Part shown: positions 29,806-39,815 of the stretch, one piece after another
Layout: each line of letters starts with the position of its first letter
How positions within the stretch are numbered: position 1 is the stretch's first letter
Source of the DNA: an uncultured archaeon
GTDB taxonomy: Archaea > Thermoproteota > Nitrososphaeria > Nitrososphaerales > Gagatemarchaeaceae
Direction of reading: 5' to 3'
DNA length: 64,000 nucleotides
Assembly (NCBI GenBank): GCA_963799775.1
Contig: CAWCYD010000002.1
Coordinates: 224,001 to 288,000 of the forward strand
Made by a program: the position numbers and the translations under genes
The notes under the pieces: generated by a model
What the model saw: only the letters and a program-made list of their open reading frames with translations
Database searches by the model: none
What the model was told of the DNA's origin: nothing

Positions 29806-31098
29806 ATGAATAGTTTCAAAGAGCTGGAACTACGTCCCCAGATACTGAGAGGCGTAGACGAAGCGGGGTTTGAGAAACCCTTCCCTATCCAACAGCTGGC
29901 CATCGGTCCCCTATTAGCGGGTCGAGACATCATTGGACAGGCGAAAACCGGCAGCGGAAAGACCGCTGCCTTCGGCTTGCCGATGTTGCAGGCCATAGAC
30001 ACATCTAGGAACGAGGTGCAAGCTCTCGTTCTCGCTCCGACGAGGGAGCTGGCGGTCCAGATCCGAGATGAGATATCTCGCCTGGGCGCATACACGGGAG
30101 TGAACGTCCTGGCCATCTACGGCGGCCAGTCCATCAACGTCCAGCTTGACCACCTGAGGCGCGGAGTCCACGTCGTCGTCGGGACGCCCGGAAGGGTGAT
30201 CGACCACATGAAGCGCGGGACTCTCGACCTGCGAAAGGCAAGGTTCGTCGTCCTCGACGAGGCGGACACGATGCTCGACATGGGCTTCATCGACGACATC
30301 GAGTTCATACTGGACTCGATACCCCGAGAGAGACAGATGAGCCTCTTCTCTGCCACGATGCCCCAGCGCATCATGGACGTCGCCGCGAGGCACATGAAGA
30401 ACCCAGAGAAGATACTGGTCAGCGCCGACGAGCCCTCAGCCGACACGCTAGAGCAGTTCTATGCTGTCACTGGCTACGACGACAAGCTCCAGACACTCGT
30501 CGACGTCATCGAGACTGAAAGGCCGGTGAGCACGATCGTGTTCACGAGGACGAAATACGGCGCTCACAAGCTCGCGAGGGAGCTGCAGAAGAGATACTTC
30601 AACGCCGTCGCGCTCCACGGAGACCTCAGCCAGAACCAGAGGGACCACTCTATGCGCCTCTTCAGGGATTCAAAGGCCGACATACTGGTCGCGACCGACG
30701 TCGCGAGCAGGGGGCTCGACATCTCGCAGGTGGAGGCAGTGATCAACTACGACGTCCCCCAGGATCCCCTCATCTACTTCCACAGGGTAGGAAGGACCGC
30801 AAGAGCGGGCGACAACGGCAAGGCCATAACGCTGGTCTCAGGCGACGAGCAGAGCGACTTTGAGCGCATCCTCTCGCTGAACCGGGCCAAGATCCATCCT
30901 CTGAGGAAGCAGGACGCCGACCACCAATTCTACGTCCCCGCCAAGACGACGATAACGGCCATCCAAGAGTCGAGATACGGCGGAGGAAACCGCGGAGGAT
31001 ATAGAGGGCGAGGCGGAGGAGGAGGCGGCAATGGCTCTCGAGGCGGCGGTTACCGCAACTATAGGAGGGGCGGCGCAGGGAGGTATTCCTCTTGGTAA
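29806..31098 (+). CDS. DEAD-box RNA helicase (CsdA/DeaD-like) with RG-rich tail
   Basis: AKTGSGKT, PTRELA, TPGR, DEAD, SAT, HRVGRTARAG. Confidence 0.97.
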   Translation: MNSFKELELRPQILRGVDEAGFEKPFPIQQLAIGPLLAGRDIIGQAKTGSGKTAAFGLPMLQAIDTSRNEVQALVLAPTRELAVQIRDEISRLGAYTGVNVLAIYGGQSINVQLDHLRRGVHVVVGTPGRVIDHMKRGTLDLRKARFVVLDEADTMLDMGFIDDIEFILDSIPRERQMSLFSATMPQRIMDVAARHMKNPEKILVSADEPSADTLEQFYAVTGYDDKLQTLVDVIETERPVSTIVFTRTKYGAHKLARELQKRYFNAVALHGDLSQNQRDHSMRLFRDSKADILVATDVASRGLDISQVEAVINYDVPQDPLIYFHRVGRTARAGDNGKAITLVSGDEQSDFERILSLNRAKIHPLRKQDADHQFYVPAKTTITAIQESRYGGGNRGGYRGRGGGGGGNGSRGGGYRNYRRGGAGRYSSW

Positions 31099-31271
31099 GA
31101 TGCAGTAACTGCAACGCCGTGGCGAAGACCACCTGCAGCGAGTGCCAAAAGCCGGTCTGCAGGTCTCACGTCAGCGTCATCTTCAACGAGGAGTCGAGGT
31201 CGTTCAAGAGCCTCTGCGGCGCGTGCTACTCACAAGTGAGGAGACTCAATTGGGTAAGAGAAAGGTCATAA
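31092..31271 (+). CDS. Small B-box-like zinc-finger protein (59 aa, not in ORF track)
   Basis: MVRCSNCNAVAKTTCSECQKPVCRSH...LCGACY; overlaps both neighbours. Confidence 0.7.
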   Translation: MVRCSNCNAVAKTTCSECQKPVCRSHVSVIFNEESRSFKSLCGACYSQVRRLNWVRERS

Positions 31272-31649
31272 ACGAAGCCCACCTGAAGGAGCTAGTCCTC
31301 CCCGAGCAGGGCGAGCTACTCGGGCGGGTCCAGAAGATCTCCGGGGGCAACCAGTGCCCTCGTCCAGTGCACCGACGGCATGGTGAGGCTCAGCCGCATC
31401 CGGGGCAAGATGAAGAGGAGGATGTGGATCCGCGAAGGCGACATAGTGCTTGTCTCTCCGTGGGACTTTGACCAGAAGAGGGCAGACATCGTCTGGCGTT
31501 ACATAAAGGACCACGCTGACTGGCTTGAGAACAACGGGTACATGAGGCCGACGGCCCCGGGCGTCACACCGACCGCCCAGGCCCCCCAGCCCGCTCAACC
31601 GGCGGCGACAACTCAGCCGCAACAGACCACGACCGCGCCGCCACAGTAG
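31250..31649 (+). CDS. eif1a: Translation initiation factor aIF-1A (frameshift near 31355)
   Basis: GKRKVINE..L.ELVLP, RI.GKMKRRMWIREGD.VLVSPWDF, DIVWRY. Confidence 0.93.
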
Positions 31650-31697
31650 AATCCAGAACGCGGGGACTGCGGTCGCGCGGTCTCCTTCTATTCTCTT

Positions 31698-32504
31698 CTA
31701 GAATTCAGGGACCCAGCCGGTCTTCTTGGACCAGGTCGCGATCGCGTCGTGCGCGTGTATCGACTCGAAGCATCTCGCGCGTATGTGCATGGAGTTGGGG
31801 AACCTCCTCGCGCACTCCCTCACCAGGTCCTCCGCGAAACGCGGATGGCCTTGTGCCTCGAGTATCTTCTTCGCCTCCTCCAAGCGCTTCATCTTCTCTG
31901 TCGGGACCGCAGAGAAGCACTCCTCCATTTTGTCGACGAGCTTGAGCATGTCCACGGGCTTCCCTGCCTTCACAATCATCACTATCTCTGCCCTCTGCAT
32001 GTGACCCACACCGATCATCCTCTTGCTGCAGGGGCACGCTGTCATCCCCTTGGCGGTGAACTTGTAGTGGAGCGACCCTCGCTGGCTCGCCTTGATGGAG
32101 ACCGGGATGAACTGGTCTGAATACGGGAGCTCGAAGCTGCATGTGACCGACGAGCCCGGCTGGCTTGAGTTCACCTGCTTGCATATCCTCCTCAGCCAGG
32201 AGACGATGTCCGAGCTCCCGTGCGAAGAGGCTGCGTGAACGAGCCTGCTCATGTGGACGCCCCTGTGGAGGCCGGTGGACGTCTGGATGGCGAGCGTGAC
32301 GGGGAGTGCGACCTTGCCGTCGTGATAGATGACCTTGAGCTCCGAGACGCCGGCGTCTACCGCGAGTCCCGCGGGCTCGTTCTGAGTGTCTGCCAGCGTG
32401 TCGATGTCCGTTGCCCTCGGCAACAACGCCTCCTCGAGAGCCATATCAACCGAGGAGACCCTGTCGGAGGAGGGCTTCTGCCCTGAACCGCGCCCCGGGC
32501 GCAT
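31698..32504 (-). CDS. GTP cyclohydrolase IB/FolE2-MptA family
   Basis: DTQN, RGVHMSRL, GMTACPCS, HMQR, PRFAED.VR, FESIHAHDA; start uncertain. Confidence 0.88.
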   Translation of the reverse strand: MRPGRGSGQKPSSDRVSSVDMALEEALLPRATDIDTLADTQNEPAGLAVDAGVSELKVIYHDGKVALPVTLAIQTSTGLHRGVHMSRLVHAASSHGSSDIVSWLRRICKQVNSSQPGSSVTCSFELPYSDQFIPVSIKASQRGSLHYKFTAKGMTACPCSKRMIGVGHMQRAEIVMIVKAGKPVDMLKLVDKMEECFSAVPTEKMKRLEEAKKILEAQGHPRFAEDLVRECARRFPNSMHIRARCFESIHAHDAIATWSKKTGWVPEF

Positions 32505-32704
32505 GAAAATCTCGCCTATGGGTTGGACTTTAAACCTTTTTCGCGATGTTGAATGTTCTGGGTTGACCATGAGCGGATGAAGGGAGAAGAACGGCAGGAT
32601 GGCCGGTCAGGCGTCGCCGCGCCGACCGCAGAAGCCGGGGGCAGGTACCTCACTCCGTGGGAGCTGAAGACGCAGGCCAAGGCATTCCAGCGCTAGACCT
32701 CCCA

Positions 32705-33661
32705 CTAATACCCGCCGCAGCCATTGGTGCAGACGTACCAGGCATCTACGCTGGTGCCGTTGGCGACTACAGCCAACGGTCGCGTGCTGCCACCAGTGCC
32801 CCAGTGGTCGAAGAGGACATCGTGGGTCGACCCATGGCACAGATCGCAATCACTTGGATAGATATAGTACGTGGCACCCGCAGTCAGACCGGTGAACGTA
32901 TACCCGTTCTCGTCCGCGAATCCTGAAGCGATCGCGGTTCCAGCCGAATCATACAGCGTGACATACATCGACGCCCCGGGGCCGGTGCAGCTCGAGGTGC
33001 ACCACGCGGTAGGGTTGGCGCAGGCCGTCGCGAAGCACGGCGCCCAGTAAGTAGCGTAGACCCTGTGGTCATAGATCGTTATCGTTCCCGAGCCGCCAGG
33101 GGGCTGCGTGGTCGTGGATGTGGATGTCGTGCTGGTCGTGGACGTTGTCGTGGTGCTGGATGTCGTGGAGTTCGTGCTGGTGGTCGTGGGCGATGACGTT
33201 GTCGTGGTCGTGGTGGTCGTGGAAATCGTGGACGTCGTGCTGGTCGGGGATGTCGTAGTTGTCGTGGTTGTCGTCGTAGTCGTGGACGTGGTCGAGTTGG
33301 TGCTTACCGCAGTCGTAGTCGTGGTCGTGGTAACGCTAGTGGATGGCGCCGACGTTGTCGAATTCGTCATGCTGGGTTCAATTGTGGTCGACGAGGTGGT
33401 GGTCGTCGTAGGAGCCGCCGTGCTGGAAGTGCTGTTTGTGGTCGCTGTAGATGTAGTCGTAGTAGGTGCAGCCGTCGTTGATGTCGCGAACTGGGACGTC
33501 GTCAAAGGCGGCATCGTCGAGGACGAACTGGTCGCAGCCGTGAACGTCACCGAACTTGACGTCGAAGCCTTCGGCTGACCGTGGAATTCAGCCGCGGAAA
33601 AGGTAGCGACACCCAGGATGACCAAAAGCACTATGGCGGCGCCTAACGTCGTGTTGTTCAT
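32705..33661 (-). CDS. Secreted Thr-rich (mucin-like) protein with Cys-rich C-terminal domain
   Basis: Signal/TM segment, long poly-T/S stalk, then WAPCFATAC...GFADENG..F.GL. Confidence 0.8.
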   Translation of the reverse strand: MNNTTLGAAIVLLVILGVATFSAAEFHGQPKASTSSSVTFTAATSSSSTMPPLTTSQFATSTTAAPTTTTSTATTNSTSSTAAPTTTTTSSTTIEPSMTNSTTSAPSTSVTTTTTTTAVSTNSTTSTTTTTTTTTTTSPTSTTSTISTTTTTTTTSSPTTTSTNSTTSSTTTTSTTSTTSTSTTTQPPGGSGTITIYDHRVYATYWAPCFATACANPTAWCTSSCTGPGASMYVTLYDSAGTAIASGFADENGYTFTGLTAGATYYIYPSDCDLCHGSTHDVLFDHWGTGGSTRPLAVVANGTSVDAWYVCTNGCGGY

Positions 33662-34140
33662 GAGCTAATGGCTTCATAGGTCGGTGCTCCAATACGCTAT
33701 CCCATATCCGAGTCAGAACTATCTTGAAGGCCGCTGCACTGGTATGATCTTACGTAAGGAGGGCCTCAGGTAGAACGACCTGCCAGCGTGCTGTGCGATA
33801 GCATCGCCTTCCGGTTCGTGTTTTTTCGCAGCGTCCAGCATTGGAAAACTAGGGTTCCAGGGTTGACTGGCCAACCCTAGAATCCCTCTCTAGACTCCGC
33901 TGCATTCGTTCTTGACCCTGTATCGTGCGAACCCAAAGTATCCCTCGGGGAACTTCATGGACGCCATCAACCGCCTTGTTTCTGAGGGCTATCTGGAAGG
34001 CAAGGGAGATGGCTCCGTCGTGCATTACTCTCTTACAGGCAAGGGGCGAAACACGGTCCTCACGAACAACGGTGGAAGAGCGGCCGCTGGCGCTCCTTGA
34101 GGCGAACCACGTTTCAACCTGGAGGCAGTCCGAAGAATAG

Positions 34141-34786
34141 TCAAGAAACCTTTTTCGAACGCAGAGGGTCGCCAAGGCCCGCAGCGGCAAAAGCCTCTGA
34201 CCTCGCCTTGCATCCATGGCACCTCCAGCAGTGTCGGGGGCCTGAGCGGTGACAGCTCCACGTAAGCTCGAGAGGGACGCCGAGCTTTGCGGCCAAGGAA
34301 ACGACTTCGGCCTTTGATTTCTTCTTCAGCGGTCTGAGTATCTGCAGACCCGACCGCCGGAGTCTCGGGGAGCCCTTGCAGGAAGGCATCTCGCAAGTCC
34401 TTGAAGAAGGCCTCGCTTGTGTCGGCGAAGGTCCGGGTGTCGTCCGCGTTGTGACCTCCGATGATGGCGCTGACTCCCTTCTCCTCCGCGTACGCGGCCG
34501 CGAGGGAGTAGTAGATCGCGTTCTTCATGGGGATGTAGGTGGGGGGGACATTCGAAAAGGGCCTCGAGCCAACGATGTCCCCGGCCTCCCTGAGTTCCGG
34601 GACGCTGACGAACCTGTGCTCTCGCACACCAACGCTGTCGCCCAGCTTCCGAGCGGCGTCCAGCTCCGGCCGGGCGGTCTCATGGATCCTTATCGTCAGG
34701 GCCCTCAGCGAGTGGCCATCTCTCTTTGCCAGATACAGGCATGTCCCCGAATCTATCCCGCCAGATAGGAGGACTATCGCTTCCGT
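34141..34786 (-). CDS. queC: 7-cyano-7-deazaguanine synthase QueC-like (frameshifted)
   Basis: IVLLSGGIDS, TYIP.KN, GHN.DD, K.EVV..A..LGVPLELTWSC...HC.RC.GC..R across frames. Confidence 0.88.
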
Positions 34787-35534
34787 CTAGTCTCTGCTCC
34801 CCTTGCGTGTATCCGAGCCAGCAGGTGGGCCCCTTGTTCAGGCCTTCGTAGACGTAGATACCCACGGCCTCGACGTTCTCTGGCATCTTGGGAGCGATCC
34901 TCGTCAGGAGTTCTCGCGCGAGGTTCTCCACCGTAGCCTCGCCGTCCAAGAGGACCGTGGTCTCGACGGGGACGTGTAGGCTGAAATCGCCGTGGACGGT
35001 CATGAACGCGAGGTCCACGTGGCTCGAGCTCCTCCCGGTGACATACTTTTCGTTGATGAACAGCTTGTGGTCGAGGTCAGAGATCGCCTTCTTGATGATG
35101 GGTTTCGCGTCGTTGAAATCGACGACCATGCCGTCGACGGGTCGACCCATTATCTCCACGAGCGCCGAGGAGGTGTGGCCGTGCATCACCGAGCACTTCT
35201 CAGTCTTCGGAAGAATGTGCGCGTAGTCGAAGTTGAAAGAAGGGTCGTCGAGGAAGATCGTTTGGAGCCTTTCGTCCTCGAGGTCGCTGGGGAGGACCGG
35301 TTCGTGCTTCTTCCTCCCGGTTCTGGAGGACCTCGCGTACCCTCCCTTGTCGAGTGACTCGAGCTGCTTCAATATCTGGGGGCTCGTGAGAAGCTCCTTC
35401 CCTCTCAGATTCGGCACGGTCTGCCGCGGTGCGCGGTTCGACTTATACGGGTTTTCTTGGGATCCGCGACCGTCGACCCGGAGCTTCCCTACGTAGTCGA
35501 GGACATGTACCTTCTCTACGTCGGAGGCGTTCAT
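34774..35534 (-). CDS. queD: 6-carboxytetrahydropterin synthase QueD with N-terminal extension
   Basis: FDYAHILP..EKC..MHGH, GMVVDF, LDHK, EATVENLA, VYEG; frameshift near 3' end. Confidence 0.88.
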
Positions 35535-35557
35535 ATCTCTTATAACGAAAAAATCTA

Positions 35558-36409
35558 GTGTACAATCTCATGAAGAGAGGAGTGGCGGTCGCGTTCCTTT
35601 TCATCCTCTCCTTCGCCATGCTCCATCTTCCCGCCTACGCGAGCGCATCGCCCGCGAAGTCTCCCACGAGCCTGCTTGTTCCGCTCTACAGCGCTCCTGG
35701 CAGCGAGTGGACCGCCTTGATCCAAGAGAGACAGGTCGACCCCGGCGTGCCCATGGTCGCCATCGTGAACCCGTCGAACGGTCCAGGGGCGTCCCCCTCT
35801 CAGGAGTTCACCGACGGGATCCAGCGTCTGCAGGAGGCGGGGATCAGCGTGCTGGGATACGTCGATACGAGCTACGGCGACAGGAACATCACGGTCGTCA
35901 AGGCCGAGATCGGGGACTACATGAGGTGGTACGGGGTGAACGGCACCTTCCTTGACGAGATGGCGGACAGTCCAGGGCACGAGGCATACTACTCGGCCCT
36001 GACAACCTACTCGCACGAGATCGGAGCCTATCTGGTGATTGGAAACCCTGGTCACGACGTTCCTTCGAGCTACGTCGGGACGGTCGACACCCTCGTCATC
36101 GCAGAGAACGCGAGCTTCTCGACGACGTCCTTCCTCGGGGGATGGCATTCCGAGTATCCGAAGAGCGACTTCGCGGCGATTACCTACGGCGCGGCGCTTA
36201 ACCAATCCTACTTGGAGGCCGCTTCGAGATATATCGGTTATCTCTATGTCACGAACGGGGCTCTTCCCAATCCCTATCTTTCGCTCCCGAGCTACCTGGG
36301 TTCTCTCGTCACCCAGTTGGCGGGCCTCGAACCTATCAACAGCCCGCCGGTCAACTTCACCCCTGTAGCTGTCGAACCGGAGCACTCGGTCCTCTCGTCC
36401 CAGAACTAA
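35558..36409 (+). CDS. Spherulation-specific family 4 (Sph3/GH135-like) secreted protein
   Basis: Signal peptide; LVPLYSAP, IVNPSNGPG, VLGYVDTSY, GTFLDE, GNPG. Confidence 0.85.
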   Translation: MYNLMKRGVAVAFLFILSFAMLHLPAYASASPAKSPTSLLVPLYSAPGSEWTALIQERQVDPGVPMVAIVNPSNGPGASPSQEFTDGIQRLQEAGISVLGYVDTSYGDRNITVVKAEIGDYMRWYGVNGTFLDEMADSPGHEAYYSALTTYSHEIGAYLVIGNPGHDVPSSYVGTVDTLVIAENASFSTTSFLGGWHSEYPKSDFAAITYGAALNQSYLEAASRYIGYLYVTNGALPNPYLSLPSYLGSLVTQLAGLEPINSPPVNFTPVAVEPEHSVLSSQN

Positions 36410-36490
36410 TCTATTCGACGCCTTCCCAGAGGGACGACGCTTAGCGATGAGATCAGAACGGACACAAGGCTCGTCGGCCCGAGCTCCACT

Positions 36491-36895
36491 CTATGCTGAC
36501 TTCTGCATGTCAGAATCTACAAGCTCTTCCGCCAGGTTGGCGATTTCCCCCTTGATCTGGCGCAGCAGTCGGAGAGAGTTGTAACGGATGGCGACTACGC
36601 CGTAGGGCAGTGGCCTTTTCGAGAAACTGGGGGCCTTAACCACGGTTTTGATGAAGTTGGAGTCGTTCAGAGCGGTCACGGTCTTCCAATAGTCTTTGCA
36701 CCTCGGCTCATTGTCTTGAACATGAATGGTGAGCCTCGCCCTAATCCTTTCCTCGATTATGTCCTTACTTCGGAGATATTTCATGAAGACTGCAACCATC
36801 TTTGGATCGGAGTTGACAAACTCCACCCGTCTGTCTTCCTCGCGCTTGCTACCCTCACACCAATAGAGGATTAATCCCGCTGTAGCGATGTCCAC
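36491..36895 (-). CDS. Degenerate LAGLIDADG-like domain protein
   Basis: GLILYWCEGSK...VEFVNSDP.MV..F..YL; YW...T; PYGV..IR. Confidence 0.6.
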   Translation of the reverse strand: MDIATAGLILYWCEGSKREEDRRVEFVNSDPKMVAVFMKYLRSKDIIEERIRARLTIHVQDNEPRCKDYWKTVTALNDSNFIKTVVKAPSFSKRPLPYGVVAIRYNSLRLLRQIKGEIANLAEELVDSDMQKSA

Positions 36896-36994
36896 GTTGC
36901 TTTAGGGGAGTCTAATAATTAAGCTCCTTCACCCAGTCGAAGCGGTCGACGCAGTAACCTCATTTATACCGGCTTTGGGGTTCGCAAGGGCTGC

Positions 36995-37091
36995 GCGGCC
37001 GTGATCCAGTGGTTAGGATTTAGGCTTCCCATTCCTGAAGCCCGAAAGGAGGAGAGAGCCTGACGCCCGGGTTCGAATCCCGGCGGCCGCA
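36995..37091 (+). tRNA. tRNA-Gly(CCC) with 25-nt canonical intron (37032-37056)
   Basis: GCGGCCG TG ATCC AGTGGTTA GGAT T TAGGC TTCCCA[intron]A GCCTG ACGC CCGGG TTCGAAT CCCGG CGGCCGC A. Confidence 0.93.
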
Positions 37092-37219
37092 TCTTTCTCT
37101 CAAGATGGTGACCGGGCAAGCCAGGGCAAAAACGGACAAAATCAGGCTTTTTCACGCAGTTATATGTGCCAATAGTCAAACTCCACCTGGAGCGATGTGA
37201 ACGTAGAATCCGTGAGAGC

Positions 37220-38032
37220 ATGACAGTTGGCAAGAAGATAAACGTCGGCGAAGTTCTGTCAAAGTCCACCAATCTTCTCACCGCGAACCCGTCCATCATC
37301 CTCATCCAGCTGCTCCCTGCGGTGCCTTCGCTCATCAGCGACGTCTTCTCGGGCCCCGCGATATTCAGTCCGATTGTGATCATAGCCACGCTCCTCTCTG
37401 CCATCTTCAGCGTGATAGCCAGCGGGGCCTACGCCCCGGTCGTCCGGGAGGCGCTCCAGGGCCGGCGCCTGACAATAGGCGAAGCGTTCGGGCACGCGTA
37501 CCGCAGGTTTTGGAACCTCGTTCTAGCAGGAATCGTAGTCGGTGTCATAGTCATCCTCGGCTCCATCGCCCTGATAGTGCCCGGGATCATTTTTGCGACC
37601 TGGTATGCCTACACCACCCCCGCGATAATGCTGGAGGACAAGGGAGCGTTCGATGGGATGGCAGCGAGCAAGGCCTTCGGTCGCGACAAGAAGTCGAGCA
37701 CTTTCGCCCTCTTCCTGACCTTCCTGTTGGTCTACATCGTGGTGGCGATAATCGGCGCCGTGCTGTCCCTCGGCGGCGGCGGAAGGGTCATCCAGACGCT
37801 CTTGGACATCCCTCTGAGCGCTTGGACCTCCGTCGTGATAGCCTACACCTACATCACTTGCGGTCCTTCGGCAACAGCTCCGCAAGCCGCGCAGCCCGGC
37901 TGGCAACAGCCTCCATCCACGATGCCCGGTCCCACTCCCGTCCCCCAGAGCGCGTCGGCCTTCTGCGCGAACTGCGGCGCGCCTCTCCAGCCTGACGCGA
38001 AATTCTGCCGCAACTGTGGAAAGCCGGTCTAG
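37220..38032 (+). CDS. Multi-TM membrane protein with C-terminal zinc ribbon
   Basis: Hydrophobic helices, LIVPGI, P/Q linker, FCANCG..FCRNCG. Confidence 0.85.
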   Translation: MTVGKKINVGEVLSKSTNLLTANPSIILIQLLPAVPSLISDVFSGPAIFSPIVIIATLLSAIFSVIASGAYAPVVREALQGRRLTIGEAFGHAYRRFWNLVLAGIVVGVIVILGSIALIVPGIIFATWYAYTTPAIMLEDKGAFDGMAASKAFGRDKKSSTFALFLTFLLVYIVVAIIGAVLSLGGGGRVIQTLLDIPLSAWTSVVIAYTYITCGPSATAPQAAQPGWQQPPSTMPGPTPVPQSASAFCANCGAPLQPDAKFCRNCGKPV

Positions 38033-38513
38033 GCGCCAGGACCTCCGGGGTCTCCTTCTTCGCGGTAATCACGCTCTTCAGCGCCTCCTCGGCATGACGG
38101 GTCGCCTGCAGCTGCGATGAGAAGACCGACCTCACGACACCCTCGCCATCGATGACGTACGTGACCCTGCCGGGGATGATGCCCATCGACGAAGGCACAC
38201 CGTACAGCTTCCTCACCGAGCCCCCGGAGTCGCTGAGGATCCTGAACGGCAGGTTGCAGTCGCTCGCAAAGCCCTTGTGGGAACCGACCGAGTCCGAGCT
38301 CACGCCTACGACCTCGGCGCCCAGCTCTCCGAACTGCGTGTACTTGTCTCGAAAGGCCCCCGCCTCCTTGGTGCAGCCAGGGGTGTTGTCCTTAGGATAG
38401 AAGTAGACGACGACGGGCCCTCGGCTCACTAGCTCGCTGAGCTTCACCATGTTGCCATCCTGAGAAGGCAGCTCGAACTCCGGGGCTCGGTCCCCGACCT
38501 TGACTTTCGGCAC
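38029..38513 (-). CDS. bcp: Peroxiredoxin, BCP/PrxQ type (3' end uncertain)
   Basis: YFYPKDNTPGCTKEA..FRD, GVSSD, GRVTYVID. Confidence 0.92.
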
Positions 38514-38532
38514 TGAAACGCACCCTTGCCAG

Positions 38533-38868
38533 TTATACGCCGGTGGTGGGTCTCAGGCCTATCGTCCCGCCTTTGATCTCGAGCTCGTATACCTCGTTTA
38601 CATCGAGCCTCATCGCGAACATGTCGTACTCGCTCTCGGTGAGGACCATCGTGATCTTCGGGAACGCCAGCTCCCTTACCTGGGGCATCAGGCCCATCCC
38701 CTGGAGCTGTGAGACCATGTTCTGGACCATCCTGTTCTCCTCGCCCCCTATCCCATACACCTGACCTGATACGCGCTGCCTTACCTCCACGAGCTCGATC
38801 TGTTTGGACGGGACGCCCGTGTATGGGTCGGTGACGCTGCTGATGCGATGGACCTTGACTTGCACCAT
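38533..38868 (-). CDS. Arcadin-1-like protein
   Basis: V.V.RI..V.DP..G..SKQIELVE; PKI...LTE.EY......LDVNEVYE. Confidence 0.65.
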   Translation of the reverse strand: MVQVKVHRISSVTDPYTGVPSKQIELVEVRQRVSGQVYGIGGEENRMVQNMVSQLQGMGLMPQVRELAFPKITMVLTESEYDMFAMRLDVNEVYELEIKGGTIGLRPTTGV

Positions 38869-38916
38869 GCCTGGCGCTATTTTTCGCGGCGAGTTATATT
38901 GGTATCTAGTCCGGAA

Positions 38917-39519
38917 TTAGACCGTCTCTTCTCTTTGCTGTTCTTCTAGGTCTTCCTGCTCGTCCTCATCGGCGTCAGCCGCCTCAAAGTCATCCTCCTC
39001 CTCATCGGGAGGCATCGCAGGCTGGTCTCCGGCCGGCGCTGGTATCGGGGCTGGGGCTGGCGCTGACTCCTCCACGGAAGGAACAGAAGGCTCGGTCGGA
39101 GGCTGCTCTTGAGACTGCGAGGCCGGGTACATCTCACTCTCGCGCCTCGCCAGCTCCTCGACGTATTCCGGACTGATCACCCTCGCCATCGAGAGGTTCA
39201 CCAGGCTGTGGTTCGACGCGTCCCCGGTTACCCTTCCCATGGGTCCTCTGAGCTGTCTCCACTTTAGCTTGCTGTTGCCGCTCTTCGATGTGTAGATTAT
39301 CCCTAGCACCTCGTTGGCGTTGACGAACGAGATGTCGCGGATCCTCTTGAGCGTGACCTTGTCCGCCGCCTCGATGTAGATCGACCCCGGCTCGGACTCC
39401 TTCTCTGGGAAGACCTCCGGGTTCCTCAGGTAGGACTCGGGGATGAAACTCCGGCAGGTGCTGTTGACGAGGAACCTCCTGAACGCTTCGAGGTGGCAGT
39501 TGGCGTCGATCTCGACCAT
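38917..39519 (-). CDS. Hypothetical protein with acidic tail
   Basis: 200-aa ORF, globular N-half (NSTCRSFIPESYL..PEVFPE) plus P/D/E tail. Confidence 0.75.
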   Translation of the reverse strand: MVEIDANCHLEAFRRFLVNSTCRSFIPESYLRNPEVFPEKESEPGSIYIEAADKVTLKRIRDISFVNANEVLGIIYTSKSGNSKLKWRQLRGPMGRVTGDASNHSLVNLSMARVISPEYVEELARRESEMYPASQSQEQPPTEPSVPSVEESAPAPAPIPAPAGDQPAMPPDEEEDDFEAADADEDEQEDLEEQQREETV

Positions 39520-39815
39520 GATAACTCCCTACCGGGACTCTCGTGACTCCAAAGGGCTATTATTTGAAGATAGGGTGTTGTAGATTCGGACGCTGGCCAG
39601 TGCTTGGCTCGGTGACATGTCGGCTTGTCTGGGTCAGAATTCGCAAGACTCAAGAAACAGCTATCCCAAGAGTAGCAACGTGGGTAATGATCGCATTTAG
39701 CCTGTTGACCTCACATGAGAAAGATCTTGAGTCGAGAACCCACAAAGATTCGCCTTCCAACACGCTGCTAACGTTAATAAAATGTCATTGTACAGATTCA
39801 ATGGCTGAAGCGCTC

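Noticed and set aside
33108-33578. Val-rich ORF on + strand (also 47222-47590 on -)
   Set aside because: Antisense shadow of Thr-rich linkers in real surface proteins
33848-34100. Possible small wHTH ORF (LVSEGYL...YSLTGKGR)
   Set aside because: No clean start and upstream frames are broken; too uncertain to call
34141-35534. queC/queD as a Dpd or QatABCD-type defence system
   Set aside because: No dpdA, TatD or ATPase partners nearby; host-like codon style and the archaeosine pathway explain them
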